In this document: positions 1 to 9,000 of the stretch, piece after piece | How the letters are laid out: each line of letters opens with the position of its first letter | How positions within the stretch are numbered: position 1 is the first letter of the stretch | Assembly (NCBI GenBank): GCA_048498835.1 | Contig: JBEHXF010000001.1 | Coordinates: 1-64,000, forward strand | Source: Chlamydiota bacterium | GTDB lineage: Bacteria > Chlamydiota > Chlamydiia > Chlamydiales > SM23-39 | Direction: 5' to 3' | DNA length: 64,000 bases | Program-made: the position numbers and the translations under genes | The notes under the pieces: model-generated | The model's input: the letters and a program-made list of their open reading frames with translations, nothing else | The model's database searches: none | Told to the model about the DNA's origin: nothing

Positions 1-1333
1 CAACCTTTTAACCCAATCATTGACAATCGATTCAACCAATAACAATGGCACCCCTGCCGGCGCTGACATTACTCTCGCAGGCACCATCAATGGAGCCCAA
101 AGCCTCACTATCACCAGAGGCACCGGCGGAACTCTCAGCCTCGCCTCTGCAATTGGCGGCACAACACCACTCACCGGCCTTAACGCATCCGCCAACGCGC
201 TCACACTCTCCGGCGGTCAAATCCGCACGAGTGCCGGCGCCATCAGCCTTAGCGGCGCCATGACGCTCTCAACCCAAAATCTCACCATCGACTCCACGTC
301 CGGTAATCCCTCGGGCGGCGCAATCACTCTAACCGGTACCATCAATGGAGCGCGCAGCCTCACCATCAATTCTGGAACCGCAAATTCCCTCACCCTAGCC
401 TCGGCCATCGGCCACGACACCCCACTCACCGGTTTTACAGCCACCGCTCAATCCTTCACACTCTCTGGCGGTGAAATCATCACAAGTGGCGGAGCGATCA
501 GCCTCAATGGTGCAGCAACGCTATCTTCCGATCTTCTTCTCAATACTACTCAAAGTAGCTCCACCGGCGCCAACATCACACTCAGTTCCGTCACTGGATC
601 TCAATCACTCACACTCACAGCCGGCACAGCAGGCATCGTCACTCTTGCAGGCCAAATCACATCTCTCACTAGCCTCACTGCCAGCGCCCAATCCTTCACG
701 CTCTCCGGAGGCCTCATTCGAACAGCTGCCGGACCCATCAGCCTCACAGGCAACATCAACCTTTTAACCCAATCATTGACAATCGATTCAACCAATAACA
801 ATGGCACCCCTGCCGGCGCTGACATTACTCTCGCAGGCACCATCAATGGCGCCCAACCCCTCACCATCACTCGAGGCACCGGCGGAACTCTCACCCTCGC
901 CTCCGCGATTGGCGGCACGACACCACTCACTGGCCTTACCGCATCCGCCAACGCGCTCACACTCTCCGGCGGTCAAATCCGCACAAGTGCCGGCGCCATC
1001 AGCCTCAGCGGCGCCATGACGCTCTCAACCCAAAATCTCACCATCGATTCCACATCGGGAAATCCCTCGGGCGGCGCAATCGCTCTAACCGGTACCATCA
1101 ATGGAGCGCGCAGCCTCACCATCAATTCTGGAACCGCAAATTCCTTAACTCTCGCCTCAACCATCGGCCACGACACCGCACTCACTGGTTTTACCGCCAC
1201 CGCTCAATCCTTCACACTCTCTGGCGGTGAAATCATTACAAGTGGCGGAGCGATCAGCCTCACAGGTCCAGCAACGCTATCTTCCAATCTTCTCCTCAAT
1301 ACCACCCAAAGTAATCCTGCCGGTGCCAACATC
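1..1333 (+). repeat. Intragenic tandem duplication, period 756 nt (252 aa)
   Basis: CAACCTTTTAACCCAATCATTGACAATCG occurs at 1 and 757; the copies stay alignable to about 577/1333. Confidence 0.95.
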
Positions 1334-3052
1334 TCTTTTAGTTCCACAATCGACGGCACTTACACTCTAACACTCACGAGTGGAACCACCGGAATCACCA
1401 CCCTCTCGCAATCTCTGGGAAACACCACCCCGCTCGCCGGATTCACCACCACCGGCCCCCTCTCTTTCTCTGGCTCGTTCCTGAAAACAGCGGCGGGACC
1501 TGTCGACATCCAAAAAAGCTTTACCTTCACAAACAACGCGACCATCGATACCACCGCAGCCATGATGACAACCGGCAATGACATCACCTTCGGTTCCACT
1601 ATTTCAGGCAACCACTCTCTAACTTTAATTGGAGGAACGGGGGGAACCGTCACTCTCAACGGCAATGCGGGAACCTCTAGCTCGCGTATCACAAGCTTGA
1701 ACGCCTCAGGCGCCGATTTTCTCCTCCACTCAACTCTTTATGCAACTGGGAATGTTACCATTGATGCACCGATCCATCTTCAAGGCGCTTCCTCTATCTT
1801 CACCAATTCAAATATCTCTTTATCCAATAAAATCGATAATGCTTTTGACCTCTCACTAGAAGCGCTTACGGGAACAATCACCTTTGGAAACGACATAGGC
1901 GGGGGAGAAGCGTTAACAAGTCTCCTTACAAACACCACTCAAAATACAATCCCATCCAATATCACAGTAGACGGAACAGTCATCTTAGAAGGCGATGTGT
2001 TACTCACTGGAAATACAACCATCGAAAATACAGGCTCAGGCGATACCTCTGTTCTCACAAGTGTCAGCGGCCCTTACAGTCTGACTCTCAATGCAAACGG
2101 CAACGCATCCGTTACTGCTGCAGACGTCCAAGCCCTTTCCATCACCGCAGCAAACGAAGTAGAAGTTTTTAGCAGTACAAGCCAAACAAATATTGAAGCG
2201 ATCTCAACTTCGAATACAATATCTGCTGCCAATCTCACAGCCATAAGCGGCGACATCACTTTGCAACCACCCAACACACAATCATCCATCTCAGGCGTCC
2301 TGATTCCCGATGGACAAATCTTCCTCTCCGGCAACTTGAGCGCATCAAACGGAACCATTACCCTCGGCCCCATGACAGAACGAACCGAGTTACCCAGCAT
2401 TGCCACCCTCGTCGCCACAACTCCCTCGACGATGACCGCCCAAACACTCACCATCCCCAACAAAGAAGCTTGGACTATCTTTGGCGACCTCACCCTCTCA
2501 GCTACCGCTGACATCTCCAACCTGCCCACAATCATCGCGACCGGAAATATCTCCATCACAGCGCCCGCGATCACCGTGTATGCCAACCTCCCAACCCAGA
2601 TCCTAAACTATCTCGGCCAGCTCTATACAGCTCCCCGCACCAACATTTCAACAACCGGCACCATCAATTCCTTCTCCCATCTAACCACCGGCCCGGGCGA
2701 GACTCCTTTCGTCGGTCCATTTACTGCCTACACCCCCGCAGAACTCACTTCAGCGCTCATTTATCCACCCTACTACCTCAGCTTTTCCGTGGACAATGCC
2801 CCACCGCCCCCCATTCCACCTTCTCCTTCTCCCTCACCCACTTCTCTCCCTAACCGCGCCGTCGCCATCTACGACAGTCTCATCGCCGTCACCGAACTCA
2901 ATACCTATTGGCTTCCCGCTTGGCCTACCAACAACTGGATCCATTACCCACAATCACCCGCCCCTTTAAACTATAAAAAAACGATTCCCCCTAAAAAACC
3001 TATCAAACGCCCCCTCCATAAGAAACTTGTTTATCCGCTTCTCCCTTGGTAA
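2..3052 (+). CDS. Large Thr/Ser/Gly-rich repetitive surface protein (adhesin/TpsA-like beta-helix), 5'-truncated by the window edge
   Basis: Frame is open from base 2. About 80-87 aa beta-strand-rich modules (ITLAGTINGAQSLTI). Pro-rich linker PPPPIPPSPSPSP and basic C-terminal tail; no recognisable autotransporter barrel. Confidence 0.75.
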   Translation, partial: NLLTQSLTIDSTNNNGTPAGADITLAGTINGAQSLTITRGTGGTLSLASAIGGTTPLTGLNASANALTLSGGQIRTSAGAISLSGAMTLSTQNLTIDSTSGNPSGGAITLTGTINGARSLTINSGTANSLTLASAIGHDTPLTGFTATAQSFTLSGGEIITSGGAISLNGAATLSSDLLLNTTQSSSTGANITLSSVTGSQSLTLTAGTAGIVTLAGQITSLTSLTASAQSFTLSGGLIRTAAGPISLTGNINLLTQSLTIDSTNNNGTPAGADITLAGTINGAQPLTITRGTGGTLTLASAIGGTTPLTGLTASANALTLSGGQIRTSAGAISLSGAMTLSTQNLTIDSTSGNPSGGAIALTGTINGARSLTINSGTANSLTLASTIGHDTALTGFTATAQSFTLSGGEIITSGGAISLTGPATLSSNLLLNTTQSNPAGANISFSSTIDGTYTLTLTSGTTGITTLSQSLGNTTPLAGFTTTGPLSFSGSFLKTAAGPVDIQKSFTFTNNATIDTTAAMMTTGNDITFGSTISGNHSLTLIGGTGGTVTLNGNAGTSSSRITSLNASGADFLLHSTLYATGNVTIDAPIHLQGASSIFTNSNISLSNKIDNAFDLSLEALTGTITFGNDIGGGEALTSLLTNTTQNTIPSNITVDGTVILEGDVLLTGNTTIENTGSGDTSVLTSVSGPYSLTLNANGNASVTAADVQALSITAANEVEVFSSTSQTNIEAISTSNTISAANLTAISGDITLQPPNTQSSISGVLIPDGQIFLSGNLSASNGTITLGPMTERTELPSIATLVATTPSTMTAQTLTIPNKEAWTIFGDLTLSATADISNLPTIIATGNISITAPAITVYANLPTQILNYLGQLYTAPRTNISTTGTINSFSHLTTGPGETPFVGPFTAYTPAELTSALIYPPYYLSFSVDNAPPPPIPPSPSPSPTSLPNRAVAIYDSLIAVTELNTYWLPAWPTNNWIHYPQSPAPLNYKKTIPPKKPIKRPLHKKLVYPLLPW

Positions 3053-3064
3053 AATACCTCCCGT

Positions 3065-4438
3065 ATGCATTTTGTCCACCGCCCCCACTCCAAAGAAGAG
3101 ACGATTGCCGCTATCGCCACCCCACCCGGCGAAGGAGCGATCGCCGTCATACGCCTTTCAGGACCAAAGGCCTACTCCATTGCAGCCTCCATTTTCTCAG
3201 GCCCTGTCCACACCTACAAGACCCACACCGCTCATTACGGACAAATCCTCGCTTCAGACAAAACACCCATCGACTCGGTCCTTCTCACCGTGATGAAAGG
3301 CCCCCGATCCTACACCGGGGAAGATACCGTAGAAATCTCTTGTCACGGCGGCACTCTCGTCACCCGCCGCGTCCTCGAACGGATCCTCGAAGCAGGCGCT
3401 AGACCAGCCGAGCCCGGCGAATTTTCCCTCCAAGCCTTCCTCAATGGCAAACTCGATCTCGCTCAAGCCGAAGCCGTCCAACAACTCATCGCAGCTAAAA
3501 GCGAACTCGCCCTCAAAAGCGCTACCGATCAGCTCTCAGGCTCGCTCTCTAAAACGATCGCCTCCTTCCAAACCCAACTGACCTCGATCGCCGCCATCCT
3601 TGAAGCCTGGGTCGATTTCCCAGAAGAAGGACTTGAATTTGCCGCGTTCGATGAACTCATCGCCCGCCTCACCATCATCCACACCCAAATGACCACTCTT
3701 CGCGACACCTTCCACGATGGCAAGCTCCTCCATCACGGCTTTTCGCTTTGCCTCCTCGGATCGCCCAACGTCGGTAAATCATCCCTGATGAACGCCCTCC
3801 TCGGTAAAGATCGCGCCATCGTTACACCTATCGCTGGCACCACCCGGGATCTCCTCGAAGAAGATCTCCGCCTCGCAGACCTCCATTTCCGCCTCATCGA
3901 TACAGCCGGTATCCGCGACACAACCGAGCTCGTCGAAAAAGAAGGCATTCGCCGCTCCATCGCCGCTCTTCATGACGCCGACCTCATCCTCCTCGTCCTC
4001 GATGCAAGCCGCCCCCTTTCTCCCTCCGACCGCGACCTTCTCGCAACCGTCCCTCCCGCCAAAACCATCCTCGTCTGGAACAAAATCGACCTCTCGCCGC
4101 CACCCGAAACCATCTCCTGGTCCACTCAAGTCCAAGTTTCTGCCCATGTAAAGCTCGCTTTACATTCCCTCAAAGAAGCCATTCACCATCACATCTGGCG
4201 ACACGGTCCACCCAGCAAAGAAGAGATCTCCATTACCCAACTGCGCCACCACACAGCTCTCCAAAACGCGACCCAATCTCTCCAAGCCGTCATCGATGGA
4301 CTCTCCGCCCGCGTCTCCGCAGAATTTGTCGCATCAGATATGCGCCACACCCTCAATGAACTCGGCACCATCCTCGGCACCAACGTCACAGAAGATATTC
4401 TCACCTCTATCTTCTCCCAATTCTGCCTCGGCAAATAA
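3065..4438 (+). CDS. mnmE: tRNA modification GTPase MnmE (TrmE)
   Basis: TIAAIATPPGEGAIAVIRLSG, GSPNVGKSS, DTAGIR, NKID, C-terminal FCLGK. Confidence 0.98.
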   Translation: MHFVHRPHSKEETIAAIATPPGEGAIAVIRLSGPKAYSIAASIFSGPVHTYKTHTAHYGQILASDKTPIDSVLLTVMKGPRSYTGEDTVEISCHGGTLVTRRVLERILEAGARPAEPGEFSLQAFLNGKLDLAQAEAVQQLIAAKSELALKSATDQLSGSLSKTIASFQTQLTSIAAILEAWVDFPEEGLEFAAFDELIARLTIIHTQMTTLRDTFHDGKLLHHGFSLCLLGSPNVGKSSLMNALLGKDRAIVTPIAGTTRDLLEEDLRLADLHFRLIDTAGIRDTTELVEKEGIRRSIAALHDADLILLVLDASRPLSPSDRDLLATVPPAKTILVWNKIDLSPPPETISWSTQVQVSAHVKLALHSLKEAIHHHIWRHGPPSKEEISITQLRHHTALQNATQSLQAVIDGLSARVSAEFVASDMRHTLNELGTILGTNVTEDILTSIFSQFCLGK

Positions 4439-4459
4439 CTCAGATTTGGCGCGAAGCGG

Positions 4460-4492
4460 CCGTGCCCGTGTGCGTGCCCGTGCCCGTGCCCG
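4460..4492. repeat. Short GC-rich hexamer array (CGTGCC)x~5
   Basis: C CGTGCC CGTGTG CGTGCC CGTGCC CGTGCC CG just after the mnmE stop. Confidence 0.85.
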
Positions 4493-4561
4493 AAAAGACA
4501 GCTAACTCCGACCCAATTTTAAAAACCAGAAGACGAACTTAACATCTCTTTGTTTTTGATC

Positions 4562-4590
4562 TAGACTCACAGAGCCCTGCATACTATAGT
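4562..4590 (+). promoter_or_regulatory. Putative sigma70/sigma66 promoter of nth
   Basis: TAGACT-N17-TATAGT, ending 13 nt before the nth ATG. Confidence 0.5.
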
Positions 4591-4603
4591 AGAAACCCTT
4601 CTT

Positions 4604-5239
4604 ATGACAAAAAAAGAACGCGCCACACTCATCGCCCGCATCCTCGACCAACTCTTTCCCAATCCCACTATTCCACTTCAACACACAGATCCCTACACCC
4701 TCCTCATCGCCGTTCTCCTCTCCGCACAATGCACCGACGCTCGCGTCAACCTCACCACTCCCAAACTCTTTGCCCTCGCCTCTACCCCTCAAGCTATGAT
4801 CCAACTCACTATTGAGCAAATCGAATCGATCATCCGTCCCTGCGGACTCTCGAAAGCAAAATCAAAAGCGATTTGGAATCTCTCACACGATCTCATCGAA
4901 CATCACAAAGGCAAAGTTCCCAATACCTTTGCAGCGCTTGAAGAACTACCGGGCGTGGGCCACAAAACCGCCTCTGTCGTCATGACACAGGCTTTTCACA
5001 TCCCAGCCTTCCCCGTCGACACACACATCCACCGTTGTGCAGAGCGTTGGGGCCTAAGTAGCGGAAAAAGCGTAGAACAAACAGAAAAAGATCTGAAAAA
5101 GCTCTTTCCCCGCTCCAGTTGGAATAAAATTCATCTGCAAATCATCTATTTTGCGCGGACCTATTGCCCCGCCCGCGCTCACAAAGCTCATCTTTGTCCA
5201 ATCTGCTCTCAGCTAAATAATCGCTCAGAGCGAGCTTGA
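4604..5239 (+). CDS. nth: Endonuclease III
   Basis: LLSAQCTD, HhH LPGVGHKTA, VDTH, C-terminal Cys cluster (CPAR...CPIC). Confidence 0.97.
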   Translation: MTKKERATLIARILDQLFPNPTIPLQHTDPYTLLIAVLLSAQCTDARVNLTTPKLFALASTPQAMIQLTIEQIESIIRPCGLSKAKSKAIWNLSHDLIEHHKGKVPNTFAALEELPGVGHKTASVVMTQAFHIPAFPVDTHIHRCAERWGLSSGKSVEQTEKDLKKLFPRSSWNKIHLQIIYFARTYCPARAHKAHLCPICSQLNNRSERA

Positions 5240-6138
5240 AGGAGTTGTTTATACTTTTCTTTCTTGTCTAAAGAAAGAAAGGAGTGATCAATTGTCCCCT
5301 TCCATTTTTTTAGACACAGCATAAAATTCTGCACAATTTGATCGATCGTCCGACGCGGCAGCCCCAATCGTTCTTCTCCGTAATAAACGAGCAAATCTTC
5401 TCTCTTCAATTTCGATTTTTTCCCTCGTAAAGGAAGCGCTATCTCTTCTTTGGTTTTAGGAGAAGCCAAAGTAGAATTTACTAAATCGTAAGCAGGAGCT
5501 AAAGCCGTGATTTCCCCACTGCGAAGCAGTGAAAAATTTTTCAAATGCATATCTTCATTTCCAACCAAAAAATTGAATAAAGTTAGACGAAACAGTTTTT
5601 CCTTTTCCACTAACGGAAACGTGCAAAATTCTTCGATCAAAGGAATCATTTGTTCCATACTGAAATCATATTTTGTTTCTCTGCTTAAACCAGCTAGTTG
5701 GCTAAAGTCTTCGACAGCTACTCTTCTTTTTTTTGGCCCTCGATCAAATCGCTCAATAAAATAGATCAGACTCCCATCTACTGCATAAACCATTCCATGA
5801 AAAGGGACCTCAATCCAAGCGATGGACGCCAATCGCATCGTTAAATCTTCATTCTGAGGTAATTCCTCATACAAATGGTGCGGGAGCTTCAATATATAAG
5901 TTCCTCCGCTTTTTACAGCTTCAAATCCACTAATCGCTACATTCACTCTAGCGCTCAGTTTTGGCTGAACTCCCGAAAACGAGATCTTGTCTGAGTATTC
6001 TAAAGCGAGTTCTAATTGCTTATCTTTACCGTAAGGAAAATCTTTTAGAGAATACAACCGAGGAGAAAGCTGCCGAATGCCATGCGCAGAATAAGCATCT
6101 TCTCCGCAAGGCTCATAGGTAATCGGACAATAGTTCAT
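5209..6138 (-). CDS. HipA-family kinase toxin (HipT-like, lacks fused N-subdomain)
   Basis: Gly loop SFSGVQPK, RFDR, GNEDMHLKNFS, LAPAYD; short Cys-containing N-terminal segment. Confidence 0.9.
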   Translation of the reverse strand: MNYCPITYEPCGEDAYSAHGIRQLSPRLYSLKDFPYGKDKQLELALEYSDKISFSGVQPKLSARVNVAISGFEAVKSGGTYILKLPHHLYEELPQNEDLTMRLASIAWIEVPFHGMVYAVDGSLIYFIERFDRGPKKRRVAVEDFSQLAGLSRETKYDFSMEQMIPLIEEFCTFPLVEKEKLFRLTLFNFLVGNEDMHLKNFSLLRSGEITALAPAYDLVNSTLASPKTKEEIALPLRGKKSKLKREDLLVYYGEERLGLPRRTIDQIVQNFMLCLKKWKGTIDHSFLSLDKKEKYKQLLQARSERLFS

Positions 6139-6446
6139 AGATCCCGTTCTACGGTGATATTTCCAACCAGTTCCCTTCCCACTCGAATCAGTTGTTCAAA
6201 GAGATCATCTCGATCGAGTTTCGCTTTACGCAAAAGTCCTTCTAGCATCATTCCTTCGGGCAATAGTCCTTCAAAAAAAGGAGGGAAGAAATCAAATGAA
6301 TAACTCTGCTTTGACAGAGGCATTGTCAAACTCACCGAAGGACCCGAATAGCCCTCCTCATATACGAATTCATACCGCCTTTTTTTCTCCCACTCGACTA
6401 AATAACCCGCTAATTCACCAGAGACAAAAATTTTAGCTCTTTTCAT
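6135..6446 (-). CDS. Stand-alone HipA N-terminal domain protein (HipS-like antitoxin)
   Basis: VSLTMPL, PPFFEGLLPEG, LVGNITV. Likely start ATG 6446; 4-nt overlap with the kinase gene. Confidence 0.87.
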   Translation of the reverse strand: MKRAKIFVSGELAGYLVEWEKKRRYEFVYEEGYSGPSVSLTMPLSKQSYSFDFFPPFFEGLLPEGMMLEGLLRKAKLDRDDLFEQLIRVGRELVGNITVERDL

Positions 6447-6678
6447 GAACATCTCGTTCAAAGTGAGTCATAAGAGGGCTACTGAAAAAAAGGTGAATAT
6501 TGAGAACATGAAGAACAGATAAAAGAGTAGCTAGCTGAACAGTAGCTTTCCCTTTTTCAATGTCGAATACGGCCGTTTTACCCACCTCACCTAATTCGGC
6601 TAACTTTAGTTGGCTCAATCCAGCTTGTTTACGGTGAAAACGAACCATATGGCCAATAACCAAAGGATCATATCTCAT
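6433..6678 (-). CDS. HipB-like Xre HTH transcriptional regulator
   Basis: RKQAGLSQLKLAELGEVGKTAVFDIEKGK; first gene of the three-gene operon. Confidence 0.9.
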   Translation of the reverse strand: MRYDPLVIGHMVRFHRKQAGLSQLKLAELGEVGKTAVFDIEKGKATVQLATLLSVLHVLNIHLFFSSPLMTHFERDVHEKS

Positions 6679-6772
6679 ATTTTTACCGCCTTAACAGTAA
6701 AAATCGCACAAAAGTCAGAATAAGTCCAGTTTTGGCATAAAAAAACCAATAATTACCGCCTTAGCAGTAATT
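6679..6772. promoter_or_regulatory. Two 18-bp palindromic operators upstream of the hipB-like gene
   Basis: TTACCGCCTTAACAGTAA (6683-6700) and TTACCGCCTTAGCAGTAA (6753-6770); 17/18 identical, TTAC-N10-GTAA, 70 bp apart. Confidence 0.75.
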
Positions 6773-6777
6773 TCACC

Positions 6778-7800
6778 TCATTCAACCGAGAAAGTAGCCA
6801 CATAACCCCGGTGATCCGAAATCGCCTCTTCAGGCCATTCCAAATCATATGTTTTCACCAATCTTACCTCTAGGTTCTCAAATCGATCGATGAAAGGTTT
6901 GCGGATCAGAAAATAATCATCGATCTCATTTCGATGCTCATCGTCAAGCGGCTCGACTTTCCCGTTTGCGTGATGGGTAAACAGATTTGTGCAAGTAAAC
7001 GTCTCTTCGCAAAACTCTGGATGATGCAAGGTGTAATAGTCATAATAAAGCTCTTCAATCCCACTCAGCGAATATTCATCACCGAGTGTACCCACCCGTT
7101 CAATGTTCAAGTCGCCCGCTATCAAAAAAGGCTTTCCTGTCTTCTCTGCAATTCGATCCATGACGCTGGTGATGAATTCAAGCTGTTGCTTGCGATAAGC
7201 CCCGCCAACTTCTGGATTCCCAGGCTCAAGATGAGTTGTGACGATAAAATATTTTTCTGTTTCCAAGATAAAAAATCCTCGATCGAGAATTCGCCCCTCT
7301 GTTGTAGGACTCTGCATATTATCAAAGAAAGAAACAAACTGAACCTTCCCTGCAATCGGATATTTTGAAGCGACAAAAAGACCGCTCTGCTTAACACCCG
7401 GAATGGGCCCAATCCCAATCCAGAAATGAGCAAATGTCGCTCTCACCTCTTCCATCAGCATGCGGCCAGTATCCAGCGTCAGTTCTTGACCTAAAAACAC
7501 ATCGGGATTTTCTTTTCTGATTAAATTGCCAAGAGCCTTCATTCGCTCTTCTGCTGGGCTCATCCCACCATATTTTTTTGGCAACATTCCATCCAGCATA
7601 CATGTATTCAAGGTCATGATCCGATGAGCAATTCTCTCTTTTTTTACAGGCGCTTCGCCCTGTTCATAAAAAAACCCAAGCATTTTCGAGGGAAATAAAA
7701 TCGGCTTGGGTTTCGCAATGATTTCCGCCTCTTCCATTCTAGGAGGAGACAACGCCGCGAGAAGAGCGCAAAAAGTAGAAATAAATGTTAGAAAATACAT
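6778..7800 (-). CDS. Endonuclease/exonuclease/phosphatase family protein, sphingomyelinase C-like, with signal peptide
   Basis: TLNTCML, LGQE, SGLFVASKYPI, THLE, AGDLN, IDDY, SDH; hydrophobic N-terminus. Confidence 0.82.
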   Translation of the reverse strand: MYFLTFISTFCALLAALSPPRMEEAEIIAKPKPILFPSKMLGFFYEQGEAPVKKERIAHRIMTLNTCMLDGMLPKKYGGMSPAEERMKALGNLIRKENPDVFLGQELTLDTGRMLMEEVRATFAHFWIGIGPIPGVKQSGLFVASKYPIAGKVQFVSFFDNMQSPTTEGRILDRGFFILETEKYFIVTTHLEPGNPEVGGAYRKQQLEFITSVMDRIAEKTGKPFLIAGDLNIERVGTLGDEYSLSGIEELYYDYYTLHHPEFCEETFTCTNLFTHHANGKVEPLDDEHRNEIDDYFLIRKPFIDRFENLEVRLVKTYDLEWPEEAISDHRGYVATFSVE

Positions 7801-7891
7801 GGCTCTCTCCGGGGTTGAGACGGAGAGTTTACCAAGTTAAGACTTATAGAGAGAGATAAATATACCGATTCTTCAATCACGAGCGGTATAA

Positions 7892-8935
7892 CTACAAAGT
7901 AAATGTCGCTTCATAAGCGCGATGATCTGTCAGCGCCTCTTGAGGAGGCTTGTTCAAATCATATGTCTCTATCAATCGCACGTCGAAATTTTTAAACAAC
8001 TCCTCCTGACCTTTGCGAATCAGAACATAGTCGTCGATCTCATTGCGCTCTTCCAGATCATCTAAAGCAGGCTCTTCCTTCCCATTCGCTCGATAAGTCA
8101 GCAAGTTTGTGCAAGTATACGTACTATCATCAAACGTTGGATGAAGACCCGTATAATAATCATAATATAATTTAGGAATGCTCGACCTAGAATACTCATC
8201 ATTTTCTTGACCAATCCGCTCGATATTCAAATCGCCCGCGACGATGTACGGCTTGTCCTTCAATGCAGACAACTCATCCATCTTTTCGGTCATATAGCGA
8301 AGTTGCTGCTCGCGGAAAGGACCACCTCTTTGCGGACTCGAGTGCTCTAAATGGCTCGTCGCCACCAAGTACTTCTCAGTTTCCAATACAAAGAAACCTC
8401 TTTCCAAATGGCGGATCTCATCTTTGTCTGGCACTCGCTGCATCCCTTCAAACGACACAAATTTCGCATCTACAATCGGGTATTTCGAAGCGACAAACAG
8501 ACCACTTTGTTTTACACCTGGCTCAACGCCCATTCCGACCCAAAAATAAGGATAATCTTTTCTCAACTCTTCAAATAACTGCTGACCTGAGTTCAATGTC
8601 AATTCTTGACCGAGAAACACATCGGGATTTCGCTCTCGAATAAAATCAGCTAACTGCTCAACTCGATCTTCCGCTCTAGTCATTCCGCCGTATTTCTTTG
8701 GCAGATCGCCATCGAGCATGCAAGTATTCAGCGTCAAAATTTTGTGATTGTTATCTTCGGCACTTTTTACCTCTCCAGTACCTTGATAATGGAGAAAAAA
8801 TTCACGCTGTTTTTCTTGGACTTGTTCGACCGTAGATACTTTTTGAATAGGCTCTTTTTCATCATCTAATAGAGAAGCTGTGCAGCAAGTAGTTGCAACA
8901 GCACTGCTTAAAAATACATTTGACAGACTATTCAT
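7892..8935 (-). CDS. Endonuclease/exonuclease/phosphatase family protein (paralog of the neighbour)
   Basis: Same motif set (TLNTCMLDG, LGQE, AGDLN, TDH). Likely ATG 8935 behind AGGGG. Confidence 0.82.
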   Translation of the reverse strand: MNSLSNVFLSSAVATTCCTASLLDDEKEPIQKVSTVEQVQEKQREFFLHYQGTGEVKSAEDNNHKILTLNTCMLDGDLPKKYGGMTRAEDRVEQLADFIRERNPDVFLGQELTLNSGQQLFEELRKDYPYFWVGMGVEPGVKQSGLFVASKYPIVDAKFVSFEGMQRVPDKDEIRHLERGFFVLETEKYLVATSHLEHSSPQRGGPFREQQLRYMTEKMDELSALKDKPYIVAGDLNIERIGQENDEYSRSSIPKLYYDYYTGLHPTFDDSTYTCTNLLTYRANGKEEPALDDLEERNEIDDYVLIRKGQEELFKNFDVRLIETYDLNKPPQEALTDHRAYEATFTL

Positions 8936-9000
8936 AAAAACCCCTTTAAAGTGCGAATAGTTTACCACACCAAAGGTTTTAAGTAGTACTAAGATATTTT

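Noticed and set aside
4296..4505. ORF ending in ARVRARARAR
   Set aside because: Translation of the hexamer repeat in a shadow frame of mnmE.
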